A stretch of DNA of 50,843 bases, filler included, from Sphacelaria rigidula (taxonomy: Eukaryota): NCBI GenBank assembly GCA_964200075.2. It is 3 parts of 3 records of this genome, joined end to end, with 100 filler letters (N's around TTAATTAATTAA, not from the genome) between each part and the next. Parts side by side here need not be neighbours in the genome. Positions count along the whole stretch, not along the records: positions 33,965 to 50,843 come from CAXNAA020001227.1; 2 more parts are not named here. One strand, written 5' to 3'. A program made the position numbers and the translations under genes. This document shows, one piece after another, positions 35,647 to 49,200 of this stretch. The first letter of the stretch is position 1. Each line of letters starts with the position of its first letter. The notes under the pieces are model-generated. The model had not been told where the DNA came from. It did no database searches and worked only from the letters and a program-made list of their open reading frames with translations.

Positions 35647-38600
35647 CTGTCCCCCATCCGCCCCGTCATCGTCATCTTCATCAGAAGATAGGCCCTTTCT
35701 TCCCTCCTTCTGCATCTCCTCCGCAAGATCCATCGATCGTGTCCGCACCCGCTTCACAACCACCCCCACTTCATGATCCACACCGCCATTTGCAGCGTCA
35801 GCAGCAGTGCCGGCGGCCTCACGAGAAGACGATGACGGCGACCTTTTCTTTTTGACTTTCTCCTTCTTGATGTAAACGCCCTCGCCACTGTCTGCTCCAG
35901 CATCTAGGCTATCTCGAGAACGTTTCTTCTTGCTCTTGCTCTTGCTTTTTAGTTTTTCGTCACCAGTCTGTTTTTTATTTTATTTATTTTTATTGCACGT
36001 TCACCGACGGGCACGACCGCAGGGATGACGGGTAGGTATAAGCACAGTCATGAATGGGAATGAGGGCCATAAGGCCCAAAAAAACGCATGCGGGAAATAT
36101 ATATAAAAAAACGCGGAGGAATAACGCACACGCTATCAGCTGTTCCGCATAGGACACACGCTTCGTCCCTGATTAAGTTGGGTAGGGTATGACACAACTA
36201 TGCCACTTTCATCGCATGTGTCTCGGCACAGGAAGCAAGCCGGCATGTGGCACTTTACAGCCCCCCGAACACACACAAAAGCTGGGGGTGAAAAACAACA
36301 TTTTTGATCAGATCGCCACAGCGAACGCAAAAGGCGGCAACAACCGTGAAATAGTCAAAAACGGCCTTTTTTCGGTACATTTTGGTTTGCTGCAGCGGTT
36401 GTGGAACGCGCGAAGGTAATCTGTCGTCTGGTTCCCTGTGATGGTTTGGGTGTGTGGCAACCGCACGCAATGAACCGCAGTCCAATCCCCTGCGTGGTTG
36501 CCGAGACATCTCCGCTGAAAGATTGACACGACAAGTGCAACAACAGGGGCACAATAACAACACGAGCAACAGCCTCAATCCTCCGGTCGCTGTGATCCTG
36601 TGCGCAGGTTTACAGCAACGTCAATCACAGGCTTGTTACACTATACTTCGAAGTATTATTTCTACAGTACATTTCATATGGGCCACGTCGTTATTTCGAG
36701 GTGACGCGTGTACTTGTGATTGATACTGATTGGCTCATTTAGGTTTCATTTATGCTGTAGAAAGGTGTCGATGCACACTTTCCCGAAATTTTGTGCTCAA
36801 AATGAGGCTAGTTTCCCGGCGTTGATTGATTTGATTGTCGCACTTCAACTGACCCCCCAGGGGTCCAGCCGTGGTCTCATGATAGACGTACCCGACAAAA
36901 ACGAAACTGAGGCTTCGGGCTACAAATAGTTATGGTTGACACAATTCTACAAGTATCGCTACCCCTAACCCTACAGTAACCCCAACCCAACGCATACCGA
37001 GAACCCTCGGGCAAGGGCGGTGCATGCATTCCCTAGGCAAAGTACGGCCTTACTATACCCCGAATCGGCGCATGTGGCGCCGATTTCAAGGAAAACGCGG
37101 TCTGCGTACACGAGCACACGAGGCTGTCAGCCCCACTCAAATTCTGATTCTCTTTGTCCACACTCGAATCAAGTGATACCAATCATGCTAAAACGTAGCC
37201 CAACGCCGGTAAACTCTACCGCTCAAAATCAACCCCCCATTCCCACTCATAACAATACAGGATCCTGAGGGAAGGCGGGAGGAGGCAGGGAGGTACTGAG
37301 AGCATGAGAGGCAATACAGCGTGTAGCTATAAATTCGCTGATGAAGGAGAGCTATCCCTGGACCATTGACCGATTTCCATACGCTTAAAGAAGCTTGGTG
37401 TCATCCAACTTTTGGCTGTGGACTTGCGACCCTTTACGTGCACCCCATAAATAACTGCTCCCATTTTCTATGCCGCTCCTTCATGTATAGCTAAAAAAAA
37501 GAAGATGGAATACAGAGAAAAAATAATGTGTTCTTTTTCGGTGTATAAATTGGAGATAAAGCTCCCAACCAACAATATGTATAATTCAGTACACTACAGT
37601 TCGGCTACCGCATCTGTCTGCTTTGTTGATAAAAAGCACGACTAATGTCGCTATTGGACCATCTACGAGGTTGCTCTGACCCGCAGGGAGAAAAAGCTAC
37701 CGCTATGAAAGGTTTTTGTCATTCGTTGTTTCCATAGCTGGCCATCTTGTCGATAACACACGTATCTATTCATTTATTTCCTCACTTGCTCAAGGTTCTT
37801 ACGGCTCCACCATACTGCTTTTCCAAGACCACAAGTGCCGTATAAACCACAACTGTGGGTAGAGGCATGTTGCACTAGAACTGTTTGCATCTACCTCAAA
37901 GCACTGAGAAACAAAAGAACAGGCATAGACCCTCATGAGCACTTTTCATGAACCCATCATACCACCACGAGCGAGGTGACCTGAAATCTTGCTCATTTCG
38001 AGACTGCTCCCGTATCCACACCCCTCCACCGTAAAGGGGGCACACGGAGACGCGGGCAGGTGGGAGGGCGTTCCATTCTCTTCGACGTGCAGTGAATTTC
38101 ACGGACACCGCACTGCGGGTACTGTACCCTTCTTCTGCCTGAATTATTTCAGGGGACTACTATACCACCGTGAAGTGCGTGCTCGTGTACAGATATGAAT
38201 CACTGGCAACGGCAGAAAGTGACCATATCCGACACGAATGAGCGCCAACCGCTAGTCGCACGGAAACCAGAACGACGCCAACCTGATCCTCAACTGCCAC
38301 GAGTACCACCATCATCCCGCCGTACGCCCCCGGCAGGAGGACCCACACCAACGCCGACGAGATCTTCGCCACAGGATGAGAACGCGACAACTGGGGATAA
38401 TATTACCCATTCGAAGTCGGAAGAACATAACGTGGATATATCCGAACCAAATTCATGCATGGTGATGTTTTAGGCGTATTTATTAGCTTGTTCAAGCAAA
38501 AAAAAGATTTTATGGCGTTCCTTCAAGGGTTAGGGCATGAGGTTCCACGGTCTCGCAGGATACCTCCCCCACGGACTGTAGGTACCATCATGCTGTATTT

Positions 38601-39971
38601 CACAGCGAGGCTTTGTGTACCGGTCCACCCGAATCCATCGCAGAAACAAACGAAAACATGCTGCACGGTTGCGTTCGTTCGCTTTTCTCAGATACGCATA
38701 CAGGGTGCCTACGGAAAATGAGTCCTGCTAAATGCAAGCATTTAGACTCAAAATATCAAGCGACGGAGAAAGCGCAGGTTTTCCGCCCCTAAGGGTGTAC
38801 AGATGGACATCAATAGTCTGAAAAGTCATTTGTCTCGTGAATGCAATCCCCATACAACGAACGCAAAACCTGGGCGGTTAGGGAGTTGAGGTCCGCAGAC
38901 ACTTGAGCCTGTACGAGGACCACGGAGTACAACACCTCCTTCCCACCAGCTAGATGAACCCTATGGTGTGTGTGCACCAACGGCAAGAAATTAGTCACTG
39001 TACCGATGAATCTCGACAAGATCTGCCGAGAACATATCATACTTTAGTGACGTGGCCGATGTAGCTATCGAGGAAACGTTGTTCAACAATTTATTCATCA
39101 CCGGTGTACGCGCGGGGCGTCGGGGGGATGTTAAACTCCGTCACGCAAGCAATTAGCAGACAAGCTGCACAAAAAAGCGTGCAGCACCTGCGGATTATTT
39201 CAGACACCTGCCAACAGCTACGTCAGCCAGTAGGCCTCAAGCAACTACAGACGCAGACTTACGTGACATAATTCTCGTCATCGTGTGGAGCGAGTAAATA
39301 GGTCTCTCGCTCTGCTGCTACTGTACCGTACTTGTAAGATGAGGGTGGGGCAAAGTGGAGGACACACCACATCAACCGCAGTCAGTATACGAGTGGTGAA
39401 GGACAAGTGTTGTCGCCAGCCGTCAAGGTGAATAATTAGACCGTACATACACCAGAAGCAGCACAAGGATTCAAGTGGCAGGGGGCGACAATGGTTCGCC
39501 GATATGGCATATGGATAAGCGATAATCCGGGTAAAGCTACGGTACAACGATTCCGGTGCGGGGGGATACCGAGGAGGTACGGCGCACGGTAGCCAATGAA
39601 ACACTGAGCACTGTACCCCTCATTGCTCGTTGTACTGACTGTTTGATATAGAGTTACCTGTACGGTCCAATGAAGAGTGTAACATACCCCAAGCCCGCTT
39701 TGTTGCAATATAATTCGCATGGGCAACATTAAGGGCAACAGCAAAGCCACAACAGTATCACGGACGACTAGCCGGAATGCACTCATGACGCACACATAGC
39801 GTGTACCTTGCTGCCATCTTCCTCCTCCTTCACGGTCTTCCTCTTGGGCGTTGAATCCTCAAAACTGTTGGTTCCTTCTTCGACCTCTTGTTTAATCTTG
39901 CTCTTCTTGGACTTTTTCGGCGACTTTTCAACACCGTTGCCGTACACTGTCGCCGTAGCCTCGGCCGCCAT
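35647..39971 (-). CDS. Lys/Glu-rich protein N-terminus, two exons (39971-39807 and 35967-35647); possibly a nucleolar DEAD-box helicase N-terminal extension
   Basis: MAAEATATVYGNGVEKSPKKSKKSKIKQEVEE...GSK|gt joins in phase 0 to ag|TGDEKLKSKSKSKKKRSR...KRVRTRSMDLAEE...DDDDGADGGQ|gt. The exons are well supported; the product identity is inference only because no helicase motif is in the contig. Confidence 0.6.
37920..38460 (+). pseudogene. Highly degenerate Ty1/copia RT-RNase H relic
   Basis: Collinear weak motifs: ALFMNPSYHH (cf. RFMHNPxxxH), VPFSSTCSEF (cf. VALSSTEAEY) and GDNITHSKSEEHNVDI (cf. GxIxIxHVxSEEQxADI). Confidence 0.35.
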
Positions 39972-41068
39972 GATTCTTCCCGCCTAAGAATTTCTTGGAG
40001 CTCCACACAACTCCAGGTGGGCAGTGATTGATGTTCCCAGTATGAGAGAAACCGGGCGCACCCAAATCTGTGCACACCTTGATGGTTGCGGGCACGGAAC
40101 TGTCAGTACGTCATGATAAAATATTAACACGCCTCTCCAGGGTTTCCGCTGACAGTCTCGCCAAGGATGCTCAACCCATCTGTGCGCAGTCACCAAAGGC
40201 GCGGAGACTTGGAGATTGAAGCCAGGGTGAGGACAGTGGGACATCTCTCGATTTTTTTTCCCATATATCGCTTGTGTGCGTGTTGTTTGCTAGAAGTCTC
40301 GGTGTTCAGTGTGCTCAAAGTAGGGGAATCAAAGCTGCATTCTCCCTGAAGCAGTCATATCCGTCAATCCATCCGAAGTATACACATACAAAATAGCGTA
40401 CAAGTAGAGAGTGCCGACCTACTGCACCTGTATTGTACAGCAGAAGCAGTTGAGCCATGGCAGCACACAGTACAGTGTAGTACAGTAGTACCAGTAGTAA
40501 AGGCCATTGTACGTTCTATACTGCTTGTCGGTCTTTGCTTGTAGAAAACTGCCAGAAAAACGGAACGATGAGTCGCGTCTGTTGGTGTAGAAATTGAGGT
40601 ACAAAAAACGAAGAACATTCCCTCCACATGTACTAACGACATGTGCATACCGAAGTCAAGAGAACATTGTCAGCTGCCAATCACTGAACTAACGCGTCGA
40701 GTGGAAATATTATACCTAATCTTGAACGGTGGTTATTACGCCGCATCTTGTGGAGTTTATTCCTTCGACCGCGAGGGTAGTCCATATCTGGATCATGCAT
40801 AGTTTCTTTCAAGTGAAATTGATGTCGATTCAACAGATGACCTACCCTCACCGTCAAAGGGGTAAGAAATGAAATAGTTGAAAAATATCGTTGTGATTTT
40901 TGGAAACTTTATTTCTTCAACCTTTTTTCATCACGACTTTGGACTGACTTTACGTTCTGCACGCCAACTGGCAGGCGTTACTTTTTCGAGGCAGGGTTGT
41001 AGTGAATCATGAACTGCAGATTTACAGATTGCGTGCAAACCTTGCGGAAACCAGTCTTGTTCCTCAGG

Positions 41069-41538
41069 CTACTTCCCCATGTATAAAAAAATGTTGTTGA
41101 AAAGTGCCTTTTTGGCTCTTCTCCGTAGTTCTTCACCCGAAAGGAGGGCTACGCGGCTGTTGATACCCTGGAATGGCTTGCTCTGCTTGTCGAGACCTTT
41201 CCAGGGCACCTCTGCGTTTTCCATTTATCGCAGTTTTGTTTTTGGCCCAACGTGCATTTTCAATAACAAACCGCCAACTCATCAGGAAACAGGGGGTAAA
41301 CAGCTTCTTCTTTTGTAACTTGGCCGTTCGTTCTTGAAAATGCAAGTTAAGCTAAACAGAAAACTGCGACCTACGGAAAATGCGAAGTTGCTTTGGAACG
41401 GTATCAACGAATAAAGCAAGTCATTCCAAGGTGTCAACATCCGCCTAGCCCTCTTTTCGGGTGAAGGACGACGCAGAAGGGCGAAACAGGCACACTTTTC
41501 AACAATATATATATATATTTTTCAAACATAAGAAGTAG
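41069..41538. mobile_element. Hairpin (foldback) MITE
   Basis: Diverged inverted arms of about 150 bp, e.g. TTGTTGAAAAGTG / CACTTTTCAACAA and TTCACCCGAAAGGAGGGCTA / TAGCCCTCTTTTCGGGTGAA. Confidence 0.75.
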
Positions 41539-42179
41539 GCTTATCGATGATATGCAGGCTTGTTTCTTATTGATTATTTTCATTTGACACCCGCCGTAGG
41601 GCTCCAGTTGAAGCAGTAATGCTCCGCAGTATCAAATGTATTGATTGATATTCAGCCCTGTGACGAAAATACGCCGTCACGTCGAGTTGGTAGTGGTGAT
41701 ATGGATAATGACTGGGGGCACGGGGATTCTGGAGGGTTCTGGATAATGATCGTGGACACAGAGACGGTACCTGCGGGTCTGGGATTGCTGGTGCCTTGGA
41801 ATGTCACTCCCGAATAATGAGAACGTTGTGAAGGCTGACAACTGAAACTGAGACCAGTAAGACTGGGGAGTCCCTCAACAGCAGTGATCCACTAGTCCTT
41901 CTGGCTGGCGTCACAGCCCAGACAAAACACCATTGAGGGAATAGGGATCATCACAGTCAGGGAGGACATCTGGCGCAGCAGGCATGTGTCCTTGGTGGAG
42001 GAATCAGCATGTCGCAACAGGAACGTCACGGCATGGATCGCAAGCGATTGCTACTCAAAACGTGCCCCGTGGCCAGACATCACGACTAAATTGGTACTGT
42101 GTTCTCACAACTGAGGCCGTCACTCTGCGCACATAAGAACTGTACTGTGTAGCCTGTGTCTCGCGTGGAACTAGATTTG

Positions 42180-43946
42180 CAAGGGCAGGTCGAGTGGGGT
42201 ATGTACTTTTGAATACTCGGGTAAATACCCGGGTATTTACTCTACCCGAGGTTTGGGTAGATTGGGTACGACCTAATTACTCTAGCCAAATATTGGGTAA
42301 GCACCCTCAGCAATACCGGAGTACAGAAAATCATTTGGGTATGACCTCGATACTCCGCCCAAATTCTGGGTAGATGAAGTATGACCTCAAATACTCTACT
42401 CAATTATTGGGTAAGCACTCTCAGGAATATCTGTGTATAGAGTGTCACTTGAGTATGACCTCAATACTATCCAAATATTGGGTAAGACTGTGGCTTAGCA
42501 CATCATTTTTCGATCGTTTCAAACGTGCGGTGAAATTGATTTGAGCAAATTTGTTGATTGCTCGCGAGTTGGGTCCAAATGAATCCGCAAGCTTTCGATT
42601 GAAAAAAGACTGAAAATCGTGAAGTGGCACTTGTTCGCTTGTCTACAACAGAGCACAGTACGGTACTGTCTGCGCTGTATGCATCCTGTGTGCCTGAGTG
42701 TGTGTGTGCGCATGTTTCGTACAGTAGGATGTGAAAGAGAAGGGGGCATCGCGCAGTACAGACAGCGCAGGACTATCTGTTCTCTGCTTACAGTACGACG
42801 TGAAAAGGATTTGAACAACGTGCAACTTTGCACCGCCTGCACTGTCCATGAGTGTACCGAAGCCGGTCGTCCACCCTACCACGCAGTTCCGTCGCCGATC
42901 CCTACCATGACGAAATATGCTCAAGCTTTCGCCAACAAAAAACAAATCATACCCAACAACTGCAGTGTATCTATCCCTGTGCCCAAGTCGTGCTCCATGC
43001 TGCAGGGTTGCGATGGCAGCGGAGAATGAGTTGTGTGGGGTGTGCATAGTTCTGTGAAAGAGTGGTATCTGACGTGGTCTGCAAGATGGTAGTCAAGTGC
43101 CCCTTCGTACCTTTCCTCCGCATGTTTTCGATCGAAAAAGCCAAGGGCAGGTCAGGAGGAGTATGTGCTTTAGAATATTGGGTAAAATACCCGGGTATTT
43201 ACTCTACCCGAGGTTTGGTTAGATTGGGTACAACCTCGAATATTCTACCGTAAATATTTGGTAGGTACCCTCAGCAGAACGGAGTATAGAATACCACTTG
43301 GGTATGACCTCAATACTGTGTGTGTTGTCCCATCTATTCTTGGCGCCAATCTACACCGTTCGGTATATGTGGGCGCACCAGCCGGGGTCACACAGGAGGA
43401 AGGTCAACACAGGATTTTTTTTTTTCAGTACCCCACCTTCCTTCTGCGGTGCTTGCCAATGTTTTTTATCGCGAGAGGGGTTCAGCAGCCCCTTTCCCTC
43501 GTCGACCGTTAGGTCGAATTTTGTGTACCCACGACATTGTCGCTCTCCACTGTTGGGCATTGTGCGACAAAAAATCCCAGATCGCTCTGAGAATTGAACC
43601 CACGACCCAACCGTCAGAAGGTTTCGAGGCTACCAACTGAGCCACCGGGGCGACCGGGTGTCAATACTCTACCCAAATTTTGGGTAGATTGGGTACGACC
43701 TCAAATACTCTACCCAATTTTCGGGTAAGCACTCTCAGCAATACCTGGGTATAGAGAATAACTTGGGTAGAATTTCACATAATCTACCCCAAATTGGGGT
43801 CTATTAGGTACGATCTAAAATATTGTGCCCAATTTTTGGATAGTTTGGGTACGATTTCAATACTCTGCCAAAATGTTTGAGTACTAAGAGTATGACCTGT
43901 AAAAAAATACCGAGTGTTGGGGCATATCCTACCCGACTTGCCCTTG
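42180..43946. mobile_element. Composite hAT-like non-autonomous element with GGGTA arrays
   Basis: Ends CAAGGGCAGGTCG / CGACTTGCCCTTG; degenerate 8-bp TSD TAGATTTG / CAGACTTG; second left end at 43142; nested SINE. Confidence 0.65.
43318..43660 (-). mobile_element. tRNA-derived SINE (same family as 6745-7230)
   Basis: A box TGGCTCAGTTGG and B box GGTTCAATTC on the minus strand; (CA)n tail; flanking direct repeat TCAATACT at 43310-43317 and 43661-43668. Confidence 0.8.
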
Positions 43947-44949
43947 CAGACTTGCATAACGTGTCACTTTGCTAGATGGTAAAATACTCCGCAACAGCTG
44001 GGCAAAGTGGAAGTTGTTGGACCACCATAAATTTTATGTGCAAGCCTGTATCCACCTTACTCTATCTTGAAGCTGGGAGACGAATAACACAGCGACCGCC
44101 TTCACGGGTATCAGACTGGTATCATGGGGGTAGCGGAAGCTCTGGTACTATCTGTAAGGGCACGTAGCCTCTCACCAGGTAGCTTTGCAGCGGTCCTTGG
44201 CAGAACCCATAGTGCGCGCAAGAGGACTTGCACGTCGAGCCGTCGCGCGAGTTAGAGCGGCTGCGTGGAGTCCAGTGCCCTTAGATGTATAACGCAGCCC
44301 AAACGGTGCGCTCATGAGCTGTGTTTCGTCGAGCCTTGATCCATGAGCGGGCGAAATGCATCATGGTACACAGTTGGTAGGAGGGTTCCTTGCTGCCTCG
44401 TTGCCAGTTTGTATCATTCCCTCCAAAATTGTCATTAAAGACGAGAACAAGTGTAGAATAAAAAAAATCTAGCCATGCTGACAACCACCGTTTCAATCAA
44501 CCCACACAGCGCCTTCAGGGCCCAGCGACACTGAACCTGTCATTTCGACACCCCACCCGTGGCATAATAACCCAACATATACTCGAAGTTTCAGCATCGT
44601 CACACACGACGGGGGCCTTATCTCGACGCCTGACCTTTCAAAATCCCGACCCCATTTTGTCGAAGAGGAGAAGGCTGAAACAGTGTAGAAATCAGAACAG
44701 CGCGTACATCGTGTTGCGCACAGGAACTATGGCATTGCCATCACACACTGCATCGCGGCGACTGGAGGCAATGCGTCTTCGAAAAAGACCGTTGTTGTCA
44801 GTCTCCGGCGATTACTCGCCACCAACGATGTGGTGATACTGTCAGCGACGGCCATCTGGTTCATCGTGGGCGCCACGCCGTTGTGAAGGTGGTGCACGAG
44901 TGCTTATGGGCTACTCTCTAGGCCTACACGGTCTCCAGCCTCTTATATT

Positions 44950-45350
44950 TAGAGCTCGGAAATGGTACCAGTTATAACTGGCCATTATCATTATAATGGT
45001 AAATAATGGTGATGGTTATATGAACATTTTGGATAATGGTTTTAACCATTATTGACCGTTACTGGCTACAAATGCTACATGCAGCCCTTGAAAATTGGCT
45101 CAAATTTAGCGTATTTTTCAGCTCTCGTGAAGCCAAATCGTGTAAAAATGGGCCTCCGGCATGGTGCCTTCAGCGAGACCCTCCGGGGGTACCTCCGGCG
45201 AAACCCCCTCTGCCGCGGGGGGGGGCTGTTTGGCTCGCGGCTGCGCCGCTCGATGACCAAACCGTCATGTACCATTTAACTGGTTAATGAGTGCGCTACG
45301 CGTAACTATTCAACCGGTTAGTGGTTAGATCAAACCATTTCCGAGCTCTC
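44950..45350. mobile_element. MITE (about 400 bp)
   Basis: TIR TAGAGCTCGGAAATGGT / ACCATTTCCGAGCTCT. Confidence 0.75.
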
Positions 45351-46224
45351 TATTAAATATGTGTCTGCGTGTTTCTCAATTTTTAATAGCGTGCGCTGAA
45401 ATGTCATATACAATTCAAATTCGGCTTCTCGTTTTCGGGGGGTTTTCCACTGATGAGGCATTTGGGACATTTGTGTGTGTGTCACGAAGCAATACTGTAC
45501 GGCAGAGAGCCCATTACGTATCACACGCATGTTGTAGCATATGCTTTCCGTGTGTGCTGAGCCGCGATTCCGTCGCCCGCCATTGAGCACGGTTGACCGA
45601 CTTCACAGCATAACTATCGATTGCATTGTCAGGAAGTAGAGAAGAAGTGGATGGATGATGAACAAAGCTGACACTCCATGTTTTCTTGGTTTTCAGGTCG
45701 CGTACGTCGTAGGGGTGACGATTTACGTCATGAACCAAGTGGTGATTGATCAAGAGCTCTCTACTCTCAGGCTTCTCGACGATGCCTTTTCAATCCGCTA
45801 CGTCGTAGGTGGTGGTGTCAGGGAGCGATACTTCAAAAAAGTGCTCCGAGACATGTCTTCATGTGCCCCTCTTGTGCTCTCAGCTCAAAGGACAGCAGAT
45901 GTGAATGTCCGCGTGGAGGAGTCCATGACGAGAGCGTATGTTGGAAAAGGGGTTTCGGCGAGGTGGGCGTCATCTTCCCCAAAATGTCAGCCGTACTGTA
46001 GCGTCTCTCAGATTAAAAGTCGCACCCGCCACTTGACCAAGTTACACGCGCTCTACTCTACTGCATGCATACACGAAAAAAAATTGCGCCACTTGGTGTT
46101 TTTCTCATATTTTGATGCCATGTTGACCTTCGTACTGTTTTTGTCTGCAACCGTATCGTTCAATCTCGCACAAACTGCACAGCCTAGCCATCCAACGCGC
46201 CACGTTACGGCGATACAGAGGACA

Positions 46225-49200
46225 ATGAGGCTAATCACGCACAACATGCTCAAGTCCAACATCAAGGGCGTCAAGCAGGGTTTCCCGCTGGGAATCGAGG
46301 TCGTGAAGACGGAGGAGCGGGAGATAGAGTTCAGTTCAGGTATGTGCAGTGTGCGGGTGGCTGCTGCAGATCTGCTGTATACGTGGAACGCATGTAGTCC
46401 TCGCGAAGCTCCTTCCTTTTTCTTTTCCTCTCATTTTTTTCTCTCTCTTTTTTTCTCCAGGCGGCGAAAGTCTGCAATGCTCGTTTGAAACGCTTTATGT
46501 TATTAGCAGGGACCTACACGTTACACGTTCACGTTCACGTTCACGATACGTTCATCACCTGAAAAAAATTTAACGTTCACGTTACGTTCACGTTACGTCC
46601 ATCACGTAAAAAAAATGTAACTTTACGTTTCGTTACATGTAACGTAGTATTAATTTTTTCAATGTCACGTGTAACGTCTCATATAACATTACGTTGACAC
46701 GTGTAACGTTCGAAGGTAACGTTTCATTCTGTGCATGTCGCGGCTCATTCACCAGTGTTGAAGGCGTTGAAACGTGTTGTGTAACGCGTGATGTTACCGT
46801 GTACGTGACGCTAACGGTGACCCGTCGGCTACTTCTCATGTATAAAAAAACCTCTCCAGTATTAAAAAACGCGTTTTCTGATTGAATGACCAAAAAACCA
46901 CTTCTTATACTGTATGATCAGAAAACGCGTTTTTTGTAGAATATTTTCTGATAACATTTCCCGCTACAACAGCCCAAAGCTATCAGAAAAAATCCTGATT
47001 TTCTGATAGTTTTGGGCTATAAAAACTTATATTGAAAACGCGTTTGAAATCCCGCCGCACGCTAACACACCCTCTAGCCCACGACAGCAGCCATGGTCGC
47101 TTGGCTGCCATCAGCACTGCTGTCGCTGGTGCTCGCGGGCAGTCAGCGTGTTGCTTCATTGTCCTTCGCTCGCCAGTATTGTGGTGGCCCTTTACTCCAT
47201 GAGAACAGCACAGGACAGGGTCGATGACGAGTGAGTGCTGCACAAACACTCTGTATGTAGTTTGCACGGAAAGTCTTGTAGCTGGCAGTTCAGGTCTGTG
47301 CATGCAGTGTATTGCAAACAGCATTCGCAATGCAGTACAGACTGCCCACGCACCCAAGGCTGGTAGAGACAGGACCGCACTGACTGTGCGCACAAGACCA
47401 CAGTATAAGCAGTGCTACTGCTGTAGTGTCTACAGGGTTCGGGTGCTTGGGCAAACTGTCCTGTTTTCGAGTGCTGTTTGCAGCACGCTGCATGCGCAGC
47501 CCTGAACCGAGCTACCATACGGTGCAAACTACATACAGAGTGTCTGTACAGCACTCGTCATGGACCCTGCCCTGTTCTGTTCTCATGAGGGTAAGGGCCA
47601 TCACGCTACTGGCGAGCGAAGGACAATAAAGCAACACGCTGACTACCCGCGAGCACCAGCAACAGCAGTGGTGATGGCAGCCAAGCCATCACTACAGCCA
47701 AGGTATACAATACAGTACTGTTGTGTGTACTGTTGTCCGTGCTGTCCTTTCAGTCAAGTACTATCGTGCTGTGAAAAAGCACAACCCTCACTTCTACAGC
47801 CAGTTATTATAATACAGCAAGGCGGTGTTCGTATTGATCGTCTTGCGCCACGCAGCCCAAGTATTGCTCGGGTAATGTATCACAGTAGTGTAGACAGTCA
47901 GTACGGACCGTACACCACGACACGACAGCAAAGTGCTGCGTATCTCTCGCGCGCCCCAGAATTTGAAACTATGCCTGCACACCTGATAGAAAACGATCAA
48001 CGCTGCTTTTCCAATCATGGCAGCGCGTCGATCATGTAGAAAGAAGGGCTACTTCGAAAGATTATGTGGAAAATCGCGCTGTTGAAAGACGGCTTTTCTG
48101 ACAACGTTTTTTTTTGTACATGAGAATTAAACTTGAACGTGGTCGGGATAATTATGATGTTATGGTGCGGTGCTGCAACGATAACTTGGAATGCGAGTTG
48201 CGGTGGGGAGAGTGCGAAAATGCTGCAATACCACCATATCTATACCATGGTCATTCAAACTCACTCGTGTTTATTGAAGCACAATCTTCAATCTTCTGGG
48301 ATTTTAAAATTCACTGCAAGTTTGAAGTTTCACCACTTTATGTAACGTGTTCATGACGTTTCATGTAACGTGTAACGTAACATGTAACGTTGCGTGTAAC
48401 GTGTCGCGTCAAGTGCACGCGTAACGTGTTGTAGACGTTACGCATGTCACGTGAAAAAAAATTAACGTTACGTTGACGTTTCATTTGGAAATCTAACGTC
48501 AAGTTCACGTTACGTTCATCACGTGAGAAAAAAAATAACATTCACTTACGGTTCCGCCAAAACGTATCGTGAACGCAACGTGTAACGCTGTGGCATGTGT
48601 AACGTGTAGACCCCTGGTTATTAGGGAAGCTGCCCCGATCACCTTGGCACCTGAAGAACTCTTGCATTCTTCGCCGATACGCATCGTATGAACCAAAGCA
48701 CCTTTGAAGAAGAAAAAATAGCTGACGAAATCTATATCTGATCAACCCGATGTCAGTTTGTCGTCTGCTGCTCCCATGGTGGTAAGTACCAACGCTTTAA
48801 GTAAACACGGAAAAAAGACGAGCGAAGCCCCCTAGCCCAGCATCTGTCTTTGGTGCTGCTACAGACAGTCCCGTGAAGATGAAGTTATTCAATCCCTTCA
48901 CCCGCATCAAGTCATCCCGCCCAGCCCCGCATTTGCCTGTACGCTCGTGCCATCGACAATCGGTGCCGTAATCGGACGCAGACTTCACGTGTAATATGCT
49001 GACAAAACTGGAGTGGGAGGCTTTCAGAAAGGCGGCGGTTGCGCTCGAGTGTGGAGAAGGGCTGCCAGAGGAAGTGCGTGTGTATGTATGCGTGTATATG
49101 CGGTAGCCTTATTTCATTGACGATAAATTATGATGTACATATGACAGACAATTCTCTAAAGTTAGGTGGTAGACCAAAATGAGGTTCAAGCCCAAAGCAG

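Noticed and set aside
36955..36995. Telomeric repeat (CCCTAA)
   Set aside because: One or two imperfect units inside a dispersed repeat, not an array.
45655..46488. 277-aa ORF
   Set aside because: Only 46225-46339 is TRM112 exon 1; the rest is open upstream and intronic sequence with no recognisable family.
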